This document shows positions 1 through 8,501 of a stretch of 23,636 nt of DNA, piece after piece. The stretch spans positions 1 to 23,636 of the forward strand of contig JANNXQ010000011.1 of assembly GCA_031409655.1 (NCBI GenBank), given 5' to 3'. The notes beneath the pieces are model-generated. The model did no database searches and had not been told where the DNA came from. It was given only the letters and a program-made list of their open reading frames with translations. Position numbers and translations under genes: made by a program. Each line of letters starts with the position of its first letter. Position 1 is the stretch's first letter. The stretch comes from Chthoniobacteraceae bacterium. GTDB taxonomy: Bacteria; Verrucomicrobiota; Verrucomicrobiia; Chthoniobacterales; Chthoniobacteraceae.

Positions 1-1162
1 GGTAGTGGTAGCCCGCGTTCGACGCTCCGCGTTTCCATTTGATGGCCTCTTCCGGCGAAATCACCTCGGCCTCATACTTCGTGAGATATTCCTTCTGCTG
101 CTCGTCGGTCATCGTGCCGTCCTTGTTCGGGCCGTTCTTGCCTTTGTTCTTGAGCGTGGCGGCCATGGCTTTGATTTTCCCGCGCTTTTCATCAATGGCC
201 GCAAGCTCATCGGCCCAGAACGGCGCGGTGGGCACGGCGATGACGTTGCCCTTGAACTCCGGCAGCAGCGACGGCGCGGTCATGGCCTTGTGGAAGGAAA
301 CAGTGCTGCCCTTCGCGTTCACACCGCCGACGCCGAGCACGCCGATGACGAACGGCATTTTCGGCACACCCAAATCCTTCCGCACGTCGCGGATGAAATC
401 GGCCAGCCACACGCCGTATTTGGTGTAGTCCCGCGTCTTGCCGTCCGCGCCCGTGGGGTAGGTGTTGCCGTCCACGAGGTCGTTGAAGCCCTGCAACCAG
501 ACAAACCCGGCAATCTCGTAGCCCGCCACCGGGTCATAGGCCGGGCAGACGCGCTTCGGGTCGGCGAGCACATTTTTCACATGCTCGACCATGTAACGGT
601 AAAAGCGTCCGGTCTCCTTGGCCTTCGCCTCTTTCTCCGCGGCGATGTCCTTGCCCTGTTTCTGCATCTGCGCGAGTTGCGCCTCGCTGAACTCGTAGGG
701 TCCCGCGCTCGGCGGGCGGAACTCGGTGTTCAGGCTTCTGCCGCCCCACGCCGTCTTGATGATGAGCACCGGCTCTTTCAGCGCAGCGTCCATCGCGAGG
801 CCAAAGGTGAACTCCGGGCCGATTTTTCCGCCATCCTGCGTTGGATTGGAACCCCTGGCACCGAAGCCTGCGGTGAGTTTGCCGGTCCCCTCGCCGTTGG
901 CGCTGCCGTCATATTTGCCGGTGAGGTAGGAAATCCAGACATGGTCGCAGACGGCTGGCTTTCCGTCCGCGCCACGCATTTGCTTGAGGAGCGGTGCGGT
1001 GACCGGGTCGTCGCCGATGTAATTGAAGGTCTCAATCTTCGCGTGCCCCTCCATGTTCGACTGCCCGGCGAGGATGAAGACTTTCAGCGGCTTGGCATGA
1101 AGCTGAGCCGAAAGAAGGATGGAGATGAGCGACAGAATGGCGGTTATGGTTGAACGGTGCAT
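1..1162 (-). CDS. Secreted SGNH-family sialate O-acetylesterase-like (SASA/DUF303) protein; 3' end runs off the window
   Basis: Absent from the ORF track because it has no stop in the window. Manual translation from ATG 1162: MHRSTITAILSLISILLSAQLHAKPLKVFILAGQSNMEG...KIGPEFTFG...VLIIKTAWGGRSL...GFVWLQGFND...RGASNAGYHY. It has a signal peptide and the GQSNM, GPE, K-x-A-x-GG, W-x-QG and YHY SASA motifs. Confidence 0.9.
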   Translation of the reverse strand, partial: MHRSTITAILSLISILLSAQLHAKPLKVFILAGQSNMEGHAKIETFNYIGDDPVTAPLLKQMRGADGKPAVCDHVWISYLTGKYDGSANGEGTGKLTAGFGARGSNPTQDGGKIGPEFTFGLAMDAALKEPVLIIKTAWGGRSLNTEFRPPSAGPYEFSEAQLAQMQKQGKDIAAEKEAKAKETGRFYRYMVEHVKNVLADPKRVCPAYDPVAGYEIAGFVWLQGFNDLVDGNTYPTGADGKTRDYTKYGVWLADFIRDVRKDLGVPKMPFVIGVLGVGGVNAKGSTVSFHKAMTAPSLLPEFKGNVIAVPTAPFWADELAAIDEKRGKIKAMAATLKNKGKNGPNKDGTMTDEQQKEYLTKYEAEVISPEEAIKWKRGASNAGYHY

Positions 1163-1187
1163 GATAGGTTTGAAGTGATTTCTTGGC

Positions 1188-2840
1188 TTACGGCTTTTGA
1201 TGTTTGAGGTAGCTCTCGGCCAGCAATTCCCCCAAGCGAACAATGCCCGCCGTGGTGATGACCAGCTTCTCTTTCTGCGGAGGAAGTTCGAAGGCCTTGA
1301 GGTGAATGAACGCAGGGTCGGCGGCGGCGATGGCGGCGAGATTCGCAGCGACGTCAATGCGGTTAAGCCCCTTCTCATCCGTGGGCGGTTGCTGGCTGAC
1401 AAACCATTTCAGCGCAGGAAGCGCAAGGTCCTCGCGGCTTTTGGCGACCGTGGATTGCAACCACTTCCCCGCGTTGCTCCGGTAAGGTCCAAAGGCCATG
1501 TCGTTTTCCCCGACATGATAGACGATGCCGGCCAGTTCCACCTGATGACCTTTGGCTTGAAGCTCCTTGATGGATTCCTGGATGAAGGCGATGAACTGCG
1601 GGTAGAGGTTCCGGTCTTTCGCGTTCGTTCCCTGCGGCGTCCAGTCGTTCATCTGCGAACCGCTGTGCGTGAATTTCGCGATGGCGATGTTGCCGGGAGC
1701 CTTGCTTTGCAGCGTCCTGCCGAAGCTAAGTTCGGGGCCGAAGGTGTCGTAGAATCCAGCGGGGCCAAGCGGCTCCCAGCCATTCGAGGTCTTGTAGCCA
1801 CCGCCGAGGCTGTATTTGAAAGCGACTTTGCCATTGTCGTCCGCCAGCGACTCTTGGCCCGGCAATGCTTTGAGTTCCTGAGTGAAGGCACGCTCGCCTT
1901 CCATGTTGCGATGTCCGGCGAGGATGAAGAGCTTGACCGGGCTTCCCTTCGCATACGGCCAGACCTTGAGCGGCCGGTCGCTGGCTGGCTTCTTTCCAAT
2001 CGATCGCAGATAGGCGTCCGCGTAGTTCACGCCGTGCTCCAGTTGCCCCAGGGTACCGTAGTGATAGTGCAAGCCCTCACCGCCGCCGATTTCCACCGCA
2101 TCGTGCGAGGTGGGGATGTATTCCGCCAGTGCATCGGAGTCAGTCACGGCCTTCTGCCCCGCGCGGATGGCATACATATTCTCGCGATTGTCCATGCCCC
2201 AAATCGTCTTGGTGCAAAGCTCGCCAATGTAGAATTTCAGTCCGGGCGTCTTGAGGTCGCGACGCCAGCTTGCCAGAAAGTTCTTCAGGTTCTTGCCGTA
2301 GGCTGGCTTGAACTCCTTGTTGAACATATCGTTCTCCCCCTGATGCCACATGAAGCCCTCGATCCGGTAAGGCACCTTCTTCCGGTCCAGTTCGGCCAGC
2401 GATGATTGAATCAACTGCAACGCCAGCGGGTAGAGCTTGAAGCCACTCGGCTCGTCAGGATTCCAATCGCCGCCCAAAGTCGTGCCCCCGGCGGCGCACT
2501 TGATGATGGCGATGGGGGCTTCAATGTTCTGCGACACTCGTCTGGCAAAGCTGAGTTCCGGCCCGACCATCGTGCCCACCGGCTGCAAAGCGACCCAGCC
2601 CTTGGAGTCCTGCTTCGTTTCACGTCCGATGTTGTAAGAGAACAAGACCTTGTCTTGAGGCATGTCCAATCCGGCAAACGGCGGAAAGCGTTGGATGTCC
2701 TTCACCTTTGAATCCGCCCCCTCCATGTTCGATTGCCCCGCGAAGATAAAGACGCGCAAGGTTTTGGTGTCGGCATCGGCACAGCGGGCTGCCACGGGTG
2801 CGAGCAGCAGGACGGCAATGAGTGTGAGGATGTGTTTCAT
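1188..2840 (-). CDS. Secreted tandem-domain SASA/SGNH acetylesterase; second domain degenerate
   Basis: Signal peptide MKHILTLIAVLLLAPVAARCA. Domain 1: FIFAGQSNMEG, VGPELSFA, IIKCAAGGTTL, WHQGEND, LHYHYG. Domain 2: FILAGHRNMEG, FGPELSFG, IAKFTHSGS, YHVGEND. Confidence 0.9.
   Translation of the reverse strand: MKHILTLIAVLLLAPVAARCADADTKTLRVFIFAGQSNMEGADSKVKDIQRFPPFAGLDMPQDKVLFSYNIGRETKQDSKGWVALQPVGTMVGPELSFARRVSQNIEAPIAIIKCAAGGTTLGGDWNPDEPSGFKLYPLALQLIQSSLAELDRKKVPYRIEGFMWHQGENDMFNKEFKPAYGKNLKNFLASWRRDLKTPGLKFYIGELCTKTIWGMDNRENMYAIRAGQKAVTDSDALAEYIPTSHDAVEIGGGEGLHYHYGTLGQLEHGVNYADAYLRSIGKKPASDRPLKVWPYAKGSPVKLFILAGHRNMEGERAFTQELKALPGQESLADDNGKVAFKYSLGGGYKTSNGWEPLGPAGFYDTFGPELSFGRTLQSKAPGNIAIAKFTHSGSQMNDWTPQGTNAKDRNLYPQFIAFIQESIKELQAKGHQVELAGIVYHVGENDMAFGPYRSNAGKWLQSTVAKSREDLALPALKWFVSQQPPTDEKGLNRIDVAANLAAIAAADPAFIHLKAFELPPQKEKLVITTAGIVRLGELLAESYLKHQKP
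2189..2389. repeat. 201-nt segment duplicated (diverged) at 11553-11753
   Basis: Ungapped manual alignment with 11553-11753 gives about 32 mismatches in 201 nt (~84% identity), same orientation. Confidence 0.95.
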
Positions 2841-3032
2841 GATTCGGCTTCTGATGCATCTCGTTCATTATCGCCAGTAAATCGCTCTGGAATTCAGTGG
2901 GGCGAATTACCGAAGGCGGACCTTCATAAATCAACTCACGATGTTGTTGATGGGTTGGAGTCTGCAGTGGATCTTTCCGCCCGCGCGGACGAAAAGCAGA
3001 CTCACCGCGGTAGGCGTGAAATTGCGCTTCAT
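2841..3032 (-). pseudogene. Possible remnant of a deleted secreted-protein gene
   Basis: ATG at 3032 overlaps the upstream TGA (ATGA coupling) and reads MKRNFTPTAVSLLFV..., signal-peptide-like, but stops after 33 aa (TGA 2931-2933). Another frame reads KDPLQT...EFQSDLLAIMNEM, weakly resembling a sulfatase C-terminus. The gap is unusually long for this array. Confidence 0.35.
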
Positions 3033-3769
3033 AGTTTCGAGGCACGTTTCGGTTTCCTTTGTCCAGGCAGCGCGCCCCAAATTTCCGTCATGAGCGAAAA
3101 GATTTCCGGCTCGGCCTGTTTCAGTTCGCCGGTGACGAATGGGTAGAAATCATTCGAGCCGAAATAGCTCTCAGTCATCTCGGCGAAGAACTCCTTTTGG
3201 TTCGTCACTCCATAGTGCTCGCGAGTGTGGCCGGGGCTGGTGAGGACGCTCGCGTATTTGCCGCTGTCGCGAAATTTCTTCCACGCGGCGGTGATGCGCG
3301 GCTCGTCGAAAGTGAGCACTTGGTCGTGGTAGCCGTGCGCGAGTTCGTGCAGCACGACCCACGGCATCCGGTGATTGTCGAAGGGCGAGAGGAAGTCCTC
3401 GACTTCGGGAATGTGGACGCATTTTGCGAGGGACTCGCTGTAACCGTGTTCCTTCAGCCAGCCGGCATCCGGGTGATATTGCATATTCCGCAGGCCGCCG
3501 TAATCGAGGTCGAGTTCGATGGTGATGGCGCGGAGTTTCACCAGCGCCTTTTCCGGCACCACGATGGTGATCGCGACGAGCCGGGCGTTGAGTAACTTCA
3601 AGGCGCGTTCGCCGAGCGGTGCCGCGTCGCCTTTGAGCAAGCGGTCGTCAATGCGGACGTTCCAGCCCTCGATGTTGCGCGTGGTGTGAGCCGTGGGGAT
3701 GGGTGTTGTTTCAGCCGCAAAAGACTGGTCGCACAGCAGGGCGAGAAGTGGGACGAGGATGGTTTTCAT
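3029..3769 (-). CDS. Secreted zinc metallopeptidase (gluzincin type; ATLF/MtfA-like)
   Basis: VVLHELAHGYH (HExxH) plus downstream TNQKEFFAEMTESYFG. The start at ATG 3769 (MKTILVPLLALLCDQSFAA, signal peptide) is preferred over the ORF-track start 3811. Confidence 0.85.
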   Translation of the reverse strand: MKTILVPLLALLCDQSFAAETTPIPTAHTTRNIEGWNVRIDDRLLKGDAAPLGERALKLLNARLVAITIVVPEKALVKLRAITIELDLDYGGLRNMQYHPDAGWLKEHGYSESLAKCVHIPEVEDFLSPFDNHRMPWVVLHELAHGYHDQVLTFDEPRITAAWKKFRDSGKYASVLTSPGHTREHYGVTNQKEFFAEMTESYFGSNDFYPFVTGELKQAEPEIFSLMTEIWGALPGQRKPKRASKL

Positions 3770-3830
3770 GGTTTGAGATGATTTGCGTGCTGGGAGAAAA
3801 GCGAATCGCATCGGGCGTTGGTGTGCGCGG

Positions 3831-4859
3831 CTATTTGTAGGCTGAAACGGGCTTCGGAACGACGCCGAGTTGCTTGTAGTTGAAACCGCTGTCGAGCGGT
3901 TGGTAGGTGCCGACGATGTCCACGCTGCGGGTCGCGGTGATGGCCGCTTCCATGCCCATTCCCCAATACGCCGCGTTAATGATCAGCCGCCGCAGGCCAG
4001 GGTTTTCCAGATCATTGCCGCTGCCCATCGTGGATTGAAAGACGCGCGCCGTTTTGCCCTCGCTCGTCTGCCAGTTCTTGAACCACGCCACCGGAAGCGG
4101 CTCGAGTTTCGCATTCGGAGCATCGTCTTTCTTGCGGCCCATCAGCGGCTGCCCCCACACCAGCGCCGTGCAGCTCTCGGGCAAGCTGCCGCCCACTTTG
4201 TAAGTCCGGTAAACGTCCGAGTTCCCCCAAATGTCGCTCACGCCAATGAGAATCGGGTGATCCGCGCGCTCCGGGACAATCGTGCCGCGTGTCGAGTCGG
4301 CGTGCCAGCGGCCATGGTGACCCATGAACGAACCGCCCAACACATCCTCGCCCCAGCGCACTTGCTTGCCATTGATCTTGTAAGGCAGCGCCGCGTGAAA
4401 CCCGTGATTCCCCGTCCGCAATGAGATGAACGGCTTCCCGGAATCCACATACTTCACGATCATCTCGCGCTCCGGCATCGGCAGCGTGAGCAGGCGCGGG
4501 AAAAAGATGACGAGGTCCGCAGACGCAAGCTGCTCCAGACCGGGGATGTGATGCTCCCTGAGCTTCTGCCCTTTCTCCGGGTAAACCGGCATCGTCGGGT
4601 CCACCTCGCCCTTTTCGTTCACCGCAAAAAGCACCGTGCAATCAAAGCCATGATGCATGCTGAAAATCTTCGCCAACATCGGCATGGATTGCTCGCTGCG
4701 ATATTCCTGATCCGCCGCGATCAACACGATGCGCTTCCCCTTCCCCGGCCCGTCGCCGCCGGGATACGTCAGCCATTGTGGGCTGTCGTCAGCGCGGAGC
4801 GAGGCGCAGGATAAGGTGAGAGCGATGGAGCAGAGGAAACGGCGGAGTAATTTGTGCAT
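3831..4859 (-). CDS. Secreted ThuA-like (class I glutamine amidotransferase-like fold) domain protein
   Basis: Signal peptide from ATG 4859. Motifs IVLIAADQEYRSEQSMP, GLEQLASADLVIFF, YVDSGKPFISLRTGNHGF, HPILIGV, PVAW, RVFQSTMG, RRLIINAAYW are typical of PVC ThuA-like proteins. Confidence 0.8.
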   Translation of the reverse strand: MHKLLRRFLCSIALTLSCASLRADDSPQWLTYPGGDGPGKGKRIVLIAADQEYRSEQSMPMLAKIFSMHHGFDCTVLFAVNEKGEVDPTMPVYPEKGQKLREHHIPGLEQLASADLVIFFPRLLTLPMPEREMIVKYVDSGKPFISLRTGNHGFHAALPYKINGKQVRWGEDVLGGSFMGHHGRWHADSTRGTIVPERADHPILIGVSDIWGNSDVYRTYKVGGSLPESCTALVWGQPLMGRKKDDAPNAKLEPLPVAWFKNWQTSEGKTARVFQSTMGSGNDLENPGLRRLIINAAYWGMGMEAAITATRSVDIVGTYQPLDSGFNYKQLGVVPKPVSAYK

Positions 4860-4866
4860 AAGGGGG

Positions 4867-6351
4867 CTAGTTTCTCGGTATCTCATTCACCGTGTAGTAG
4901 GCCTTTTTGTGGAGAAGGGGCTGGCCGTCTTGGGCGGTGACTTTGCTGAAGTCGAAGTCGTGGATGTGGTCTTCGGTGATCTTCTCCAGATGCAAATAGA
5001 CCGAGAGCCCGTCTGCCGATGGCACGGCCTTCGTCACGCGAAGCGTGCCCTGATCCACCTCCGGGCTGCCGTAGGCGCCGTGGTAGATGTGGGTGTAGGT
5101 GGTGATGGAGTAGTTCGCGGGTAGAGCGGCGGTGTCTTTGTTGACGGGCTTGGTGAAGGTGACGAGGAAGCCGTCTTTGCGAATGTATATTTCTTTTACC
5201 TCGAAGGGGACCACGCCGTTCCAATCAATGCGCTGGAGCGCGAACGGTTCCGTGCCCCGCACGGGCCACTGGCGGTTGGTGGTGAAGCCGGCGGCGATAA
5301 GTTGGCCCTTTGGCGAAAACTCCACGTTCATGATCCCGGTGGCGAGGCCCTCGCGGAAGGGATAACACGCGCCCTGCCACACTCCGTTCACCTGCTCGGT
5401 GGTGGCCCGCATGATGACGCTCTGCGTGTAGTCGCCGAGGAAAAGCTGGCCGTCGAACGGGCCGAATTTGCCGCCGGTGTTGTTGAGCCGAAATCCGGAG
5501 ATGGAGCGCCCCATTTTGATATACGGGAACTTCACCGCCGGCGGGACGAGTTCTTTCACGCGCTTCTTTTCCACGCTCATGCGCGAGTTGCTGTTCGGCG
5601 TAAGCTCGGGCGCTTTCATGCCGGGGACGAAGGGATACCAGTTGTAGCTCGCCGGATGTCCGAGGAAGCCGCCCTCCTTGAGATGCTTCAGCGAACAGCA
5701 GCCATTCCACGGGCCCTGGCTCTCGATGACAAACATCGCGCCCTCGGCATTCGCGCCCACGCCACCGGGGCTGCGCAGGCCGCTGCACACGGGAATCATC
5801 TTTCCTTGCGGCGTCACTTTCACCGCCCAGCCGCGGAAGAGGTTGTGCGATTCATACGAACCGCTGAGGCCCAGCGCCACCCAGATGTTGCCCTCGGGAT
5901 CGGGCTTGGAGCCAAAGGCAAACTCGTGCCCCTCGGCGTAGCCCCAGTTGCTCGTGAGCGCGTCGTAGCGGTCGGCGATTTCGTCGCCATCGGTATCGGT
6001 GATGCGCGTGGCTTCGCCCCAGGTGATGGCGGTCATCGCGCCGTCGCGCCACGAGAGGGAGAAGATTTCATCCTGCCCGCTGGCGAAGAGGTGAAACTCG
6101 GGCTTCGGCGGTGTATCGAATGCGCCCTTCACGAAATAGATGTCGCCGCGCCGGGTGCCGACAGCGAGGCGTCCGTCCGGCAGACTCTCCAGCCCACCCG
6201 GCCGCATGGGCACGGTGGACGGGATGGGGATATTCACGATGGGATAATACTTCGCCTCCTCCGCAGCGGTGCCCCACATTTCGCCGAGGTCTTCGGCGGC
6301 GCGGAGCTGCGATGTGAGGGCGAGGGCAAGGACGATGATGGCCTTTTGCAT
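4867..6351 (-). CDS. Secreted beta-propeller protein of the PVC-type dehydrogenase-like (DUF7133 / glucose-sorbosone dehydrogenase-like) family, with a C-terminal Ig-like extension
   Basis: LPDGRLAVGTRRGDIY, RITDTDGDEIADRY, HEFAFG, SGLRSPGG, SQGPW, FGPFDGQLFLGD, NGVWQGACYPF; signal peptide; adjacent to the cytochrome c and ThuA-like genes. Confidence 0.7.
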   Translation of the reverse strand: MQKAIIVLALALTSQLRAAEDLGEMWGTAAEEAKYYPIVNIPIPSTVPMRPGGLESLPDGRLAVGTRRGDIYFVKGAFDTPPKPEFHLFASGQDEIFSLSWRDGAMTAITWGEATRITDTDGDEIADRYDALTSNWGYAEGHEFAFGSKPDPEGNIWVALGLSGSYESHNLFRGWAVKVTPQGKMIPVCSGLRSPGGVGANAEGAMFVIESQGPWNGCCSLKHLKEGGFLGHPASYNWYPFVPGMKAPELTPNSNSRMSVEKKRVKELVPPAVKFPYIKMGRSISGFRLNNTGGKFGPFDGQLFLGDYTQSVIMRATTEQVNGVWQGACYPFREGLATGIMNVEFSPKGQLIAAGFTTNRQWPVRGTEPFALQRIDWNGVVPFEVKEIYIRKDGFLVTFTKPVNKDTAALPANYSITTYTHIYHGAYGSPEVDQGTLRVTKAVPSADGLSVYLHLEKITEDHIHDFDFSKVTAQDGQPLLHKKAYYTVNEIPRN

Positions 6352-6358
6352 TAGCGGA

Positions 6359-8473
6359 CTATTTGGCGGACATGCCGAGCTGGTCGAAGAGGAATGCGAA
6401 CACGTCGGCTTGCTGCGCGATTTTCTCGGTGAGGCCAGTGCCCATTCCGTGGCCGGAGGCGGCGCTGAGGCGGACGAGGATGGGGTTCTCGGATGCCGTC
6501 GCGGCTTGTAGGCGGGCGGTCATTCTTCGCGAGTGGGCGGGGTTCACGCGTCCGTCGGTCTCGCCGGCGAGGAAGAAGACGGCGGGATATTTGGTGCCGT
6601 CCTTCACGTTGTGCAGGGGCGAGTAGGCGTGGAGCGCGCGGAAATGCGCGAGGTCTTTGACGGTGCCGAATTCGGTGACGTTGAACGCGCCGTTTGGATC
6701 GAGCTCGACGCGGAGCATGTCGTAGAGGCCGACGTGGGCGACGACGGCGCGGGCCAGTCCGGGATGCTGCGTGAGGAATGCGCCCATGAGGAGGCCGCCG
6801 TTGCTGCCGCCTTCGACGGCGAGTTTCTCCGAGCGCGTGTAGCCGCGCTCGATGAGGTGTTGTGCGCACGCGGCGAAGTCGTCGAACACGTTTTGCTTTT
6901 TCGTGAGGTTGCCCGCGAGGTGCCACTCTTCGCCGAATTCGCCACCGCCGCGAATGTTGGCGACAACGTAGATGCCGCCACGGTCGAACCACAGGCGGTT
7001 CTCGAAATCGAAGACCGGCCTCATGCTGATTCCGTAGCCGCCGTAGGCGTAGAGCAGCGCGGGGTTGGAGCCGTCGAGCTTCGTGCCTTTGCGACGCAGG
7101 ATGTTCAGCGGGACGCGCGTGCCGTCTTTGCTCACGGCGAATTCGCGCACGGCTTCGATGTCGCTGAAGTCCACCGGCGACGTATTGAAGAGCGCGGTCC
7201 TTTTCATCGCGCCGCTGGCCGGGTCGTAGGTCATCCACGCGGACGGCGCGACGAAGCTCGTCTGGCGAAACACGATGCGGTCGCCCGCTTCGATCAGCCC
7301 GCCGACGCCCGACGCTTCCGGCAGCGGAAGGATGCGCGCGTCCTTTCCATCGAGCGTGAATTGCCGCACGCGCGAGGGCCCGCCGAGCAGGTCGCTGACG
7401 AAAAGACACTTCGCGGTGGGCGTGACGCCCTCGATGACGGCGTCGCTCTCGGGCACGATCGTCACAGCATCGGCCAGCGTGCCGCTGGCGGGAATGCGAA
7501 GGATTTTTCCACGCGGCGCGTCTTTCACCGAGCGCAGATAAAGCGCCGCGCTGTCGTGGCCGAACACGACTGCCTTTACGCCGTCTTCGTGCCGCGTGAT
7601 TTGCCGCCACGCCGCGCCGTCCTTCGTCTCGCGGACGTAGTGGGCAAACTCCCCGCCGTCGCCATTCGCCACCGCTGCGAGCAGCAAGCGCCCGTCTTCG
7701 GAAGTCTCCACCTCGATTTCAGCGATGCGCGGAAAGTCGCGGCCTGCCGAATACACATCCGCGGTCACCAGCGCGCCGAGTTTGTGAAAATAGACCTGCT
7801 GGTAAAAGTTCAAATCCGCCTCCGACTTCTCGCCCTGGTGCGGATAGCGCGTGTAAAATACGCCAGTGCTATCCGGCGTCCATGCCGCGCTGCCGCCGCC
7901 GGTGGGATACTGCACGCGGGCGATTCGGTCGGGCAAATGCTCGCCGGTTTCCGTGCGGTAAAAATGCAGCGTGCCCTCCTCGCTGCCGTTCTCCGAGAGA
8001 CACACCGCGATGAGTTTTCCATCCGGCGACGGCACAAACCAATCCATCGCCACCTGGCCCTTCGGCTCGATTTCATTCGGGTCGAGCACGACGCGTTCCG
8101 ACGCCAAATCATCCGCCGACTCCAGCGTGACGAGCAGTCGCTGTTGCTTCGGCGGCTGGAATTTCAGCGCGAAGAGCAGCCCCGGACGTGACACCAATCC
8201 GCCGTGCGAAGGCGTGTCTTTTGCATAGAGCGCAGTGAGCTTTGCCTCAATGCCCGCCCGCTCCGCCCGCCCATCCAGCCATGCCCGCGAGTGCTTGTTC
8301 TGCGCATCCGTCCACGCCTTCACCGCCGGCGAACCCGCCTCCTCCAGCCAGCGATATTCATCCACGACGCGCACCCCGTGATATTCGTCGGTGACGGGTT
8401 TCTTTTCGGTGAGTGGAGCGGCGGAGACGATGGACATGGCGGCGGTGAGTGATGTGAGAAGTGAGAGTTTCAT
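6359..8473 (-). CDS. Prolyl oligopeptidase (peptidase S9A), secreted
   Basis: N-terminal VTDEYHGVRVVDEYRWLEE, beta-propeller region, LLYAYGGY, NIRGGGEFGEEWH, KQNVFDDF. Catalytic triad motifs GGSNGG (Ser), TDGRV (Asp) and SGHG (His). Confidence 0.95.
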   Translation of the reverse strand: MKLSLLTSLTAAMSIVSAAPLTEKKPVTDEYHGVRVVDEYRWLEEAGSPAVKAWTDAQNKHSRAWLDGRAERAGIEAKLTALYAKDTPSHGGLVSRPGLLFALKFQPPKQQRLLVTLESADDLASERVVLDPNEIEPKGQVAMDWFVPSPDGKLIAVCLSENGSEEGTLHFYRTETGEHLPDRIARVQYPTGGGSAAWTPDSTGVFYTRYPHQGEKSEADLNFYQQVYFHKLGALVTADVYSAGRDFPRIAEIEVETSEDGRLLLAAVANGDGGEFAHYVRETKDGAAWRQITRHEDGVKAVVFGHDSAALYLRSVKDAPRGKILRIPASGTLADAVTIVPESDAVIEGVTPTAKCLFVSDLLGGPSRVRQFTLDGKDARILPLPEASGVGGLIEAGDRIVFRQTSFVAPSAWMTYDPASGAMKRTALFNTSPVDFSDIEAVREFAVSKDGTRVPLNILRRKGTKLDGSNPALLYAYGGYGISMRPVFDFENRLWFDRGGIYVVANIRGGGEFGEEWHLAGNLTKKQNVFDDFAACAQHLIERGYTRSEKLAVEGGSNGGLLMGAFLTQHPGLARAVVAHVGLYDMLRVELDPNGAFNVTEFGTVKDLAHFRALHAYSPLHNVKDGTKYPAVFFLAGETDGRVNPAHSRRMTARLQAATASENPILVRLSAASGHGMGTGLTEKIAQQADVFAFLFDQLGMSAK

Positions 8474-8501
8474 GGAAGTAGTGCGTGCGTTCGGGCGGCG
8501 C

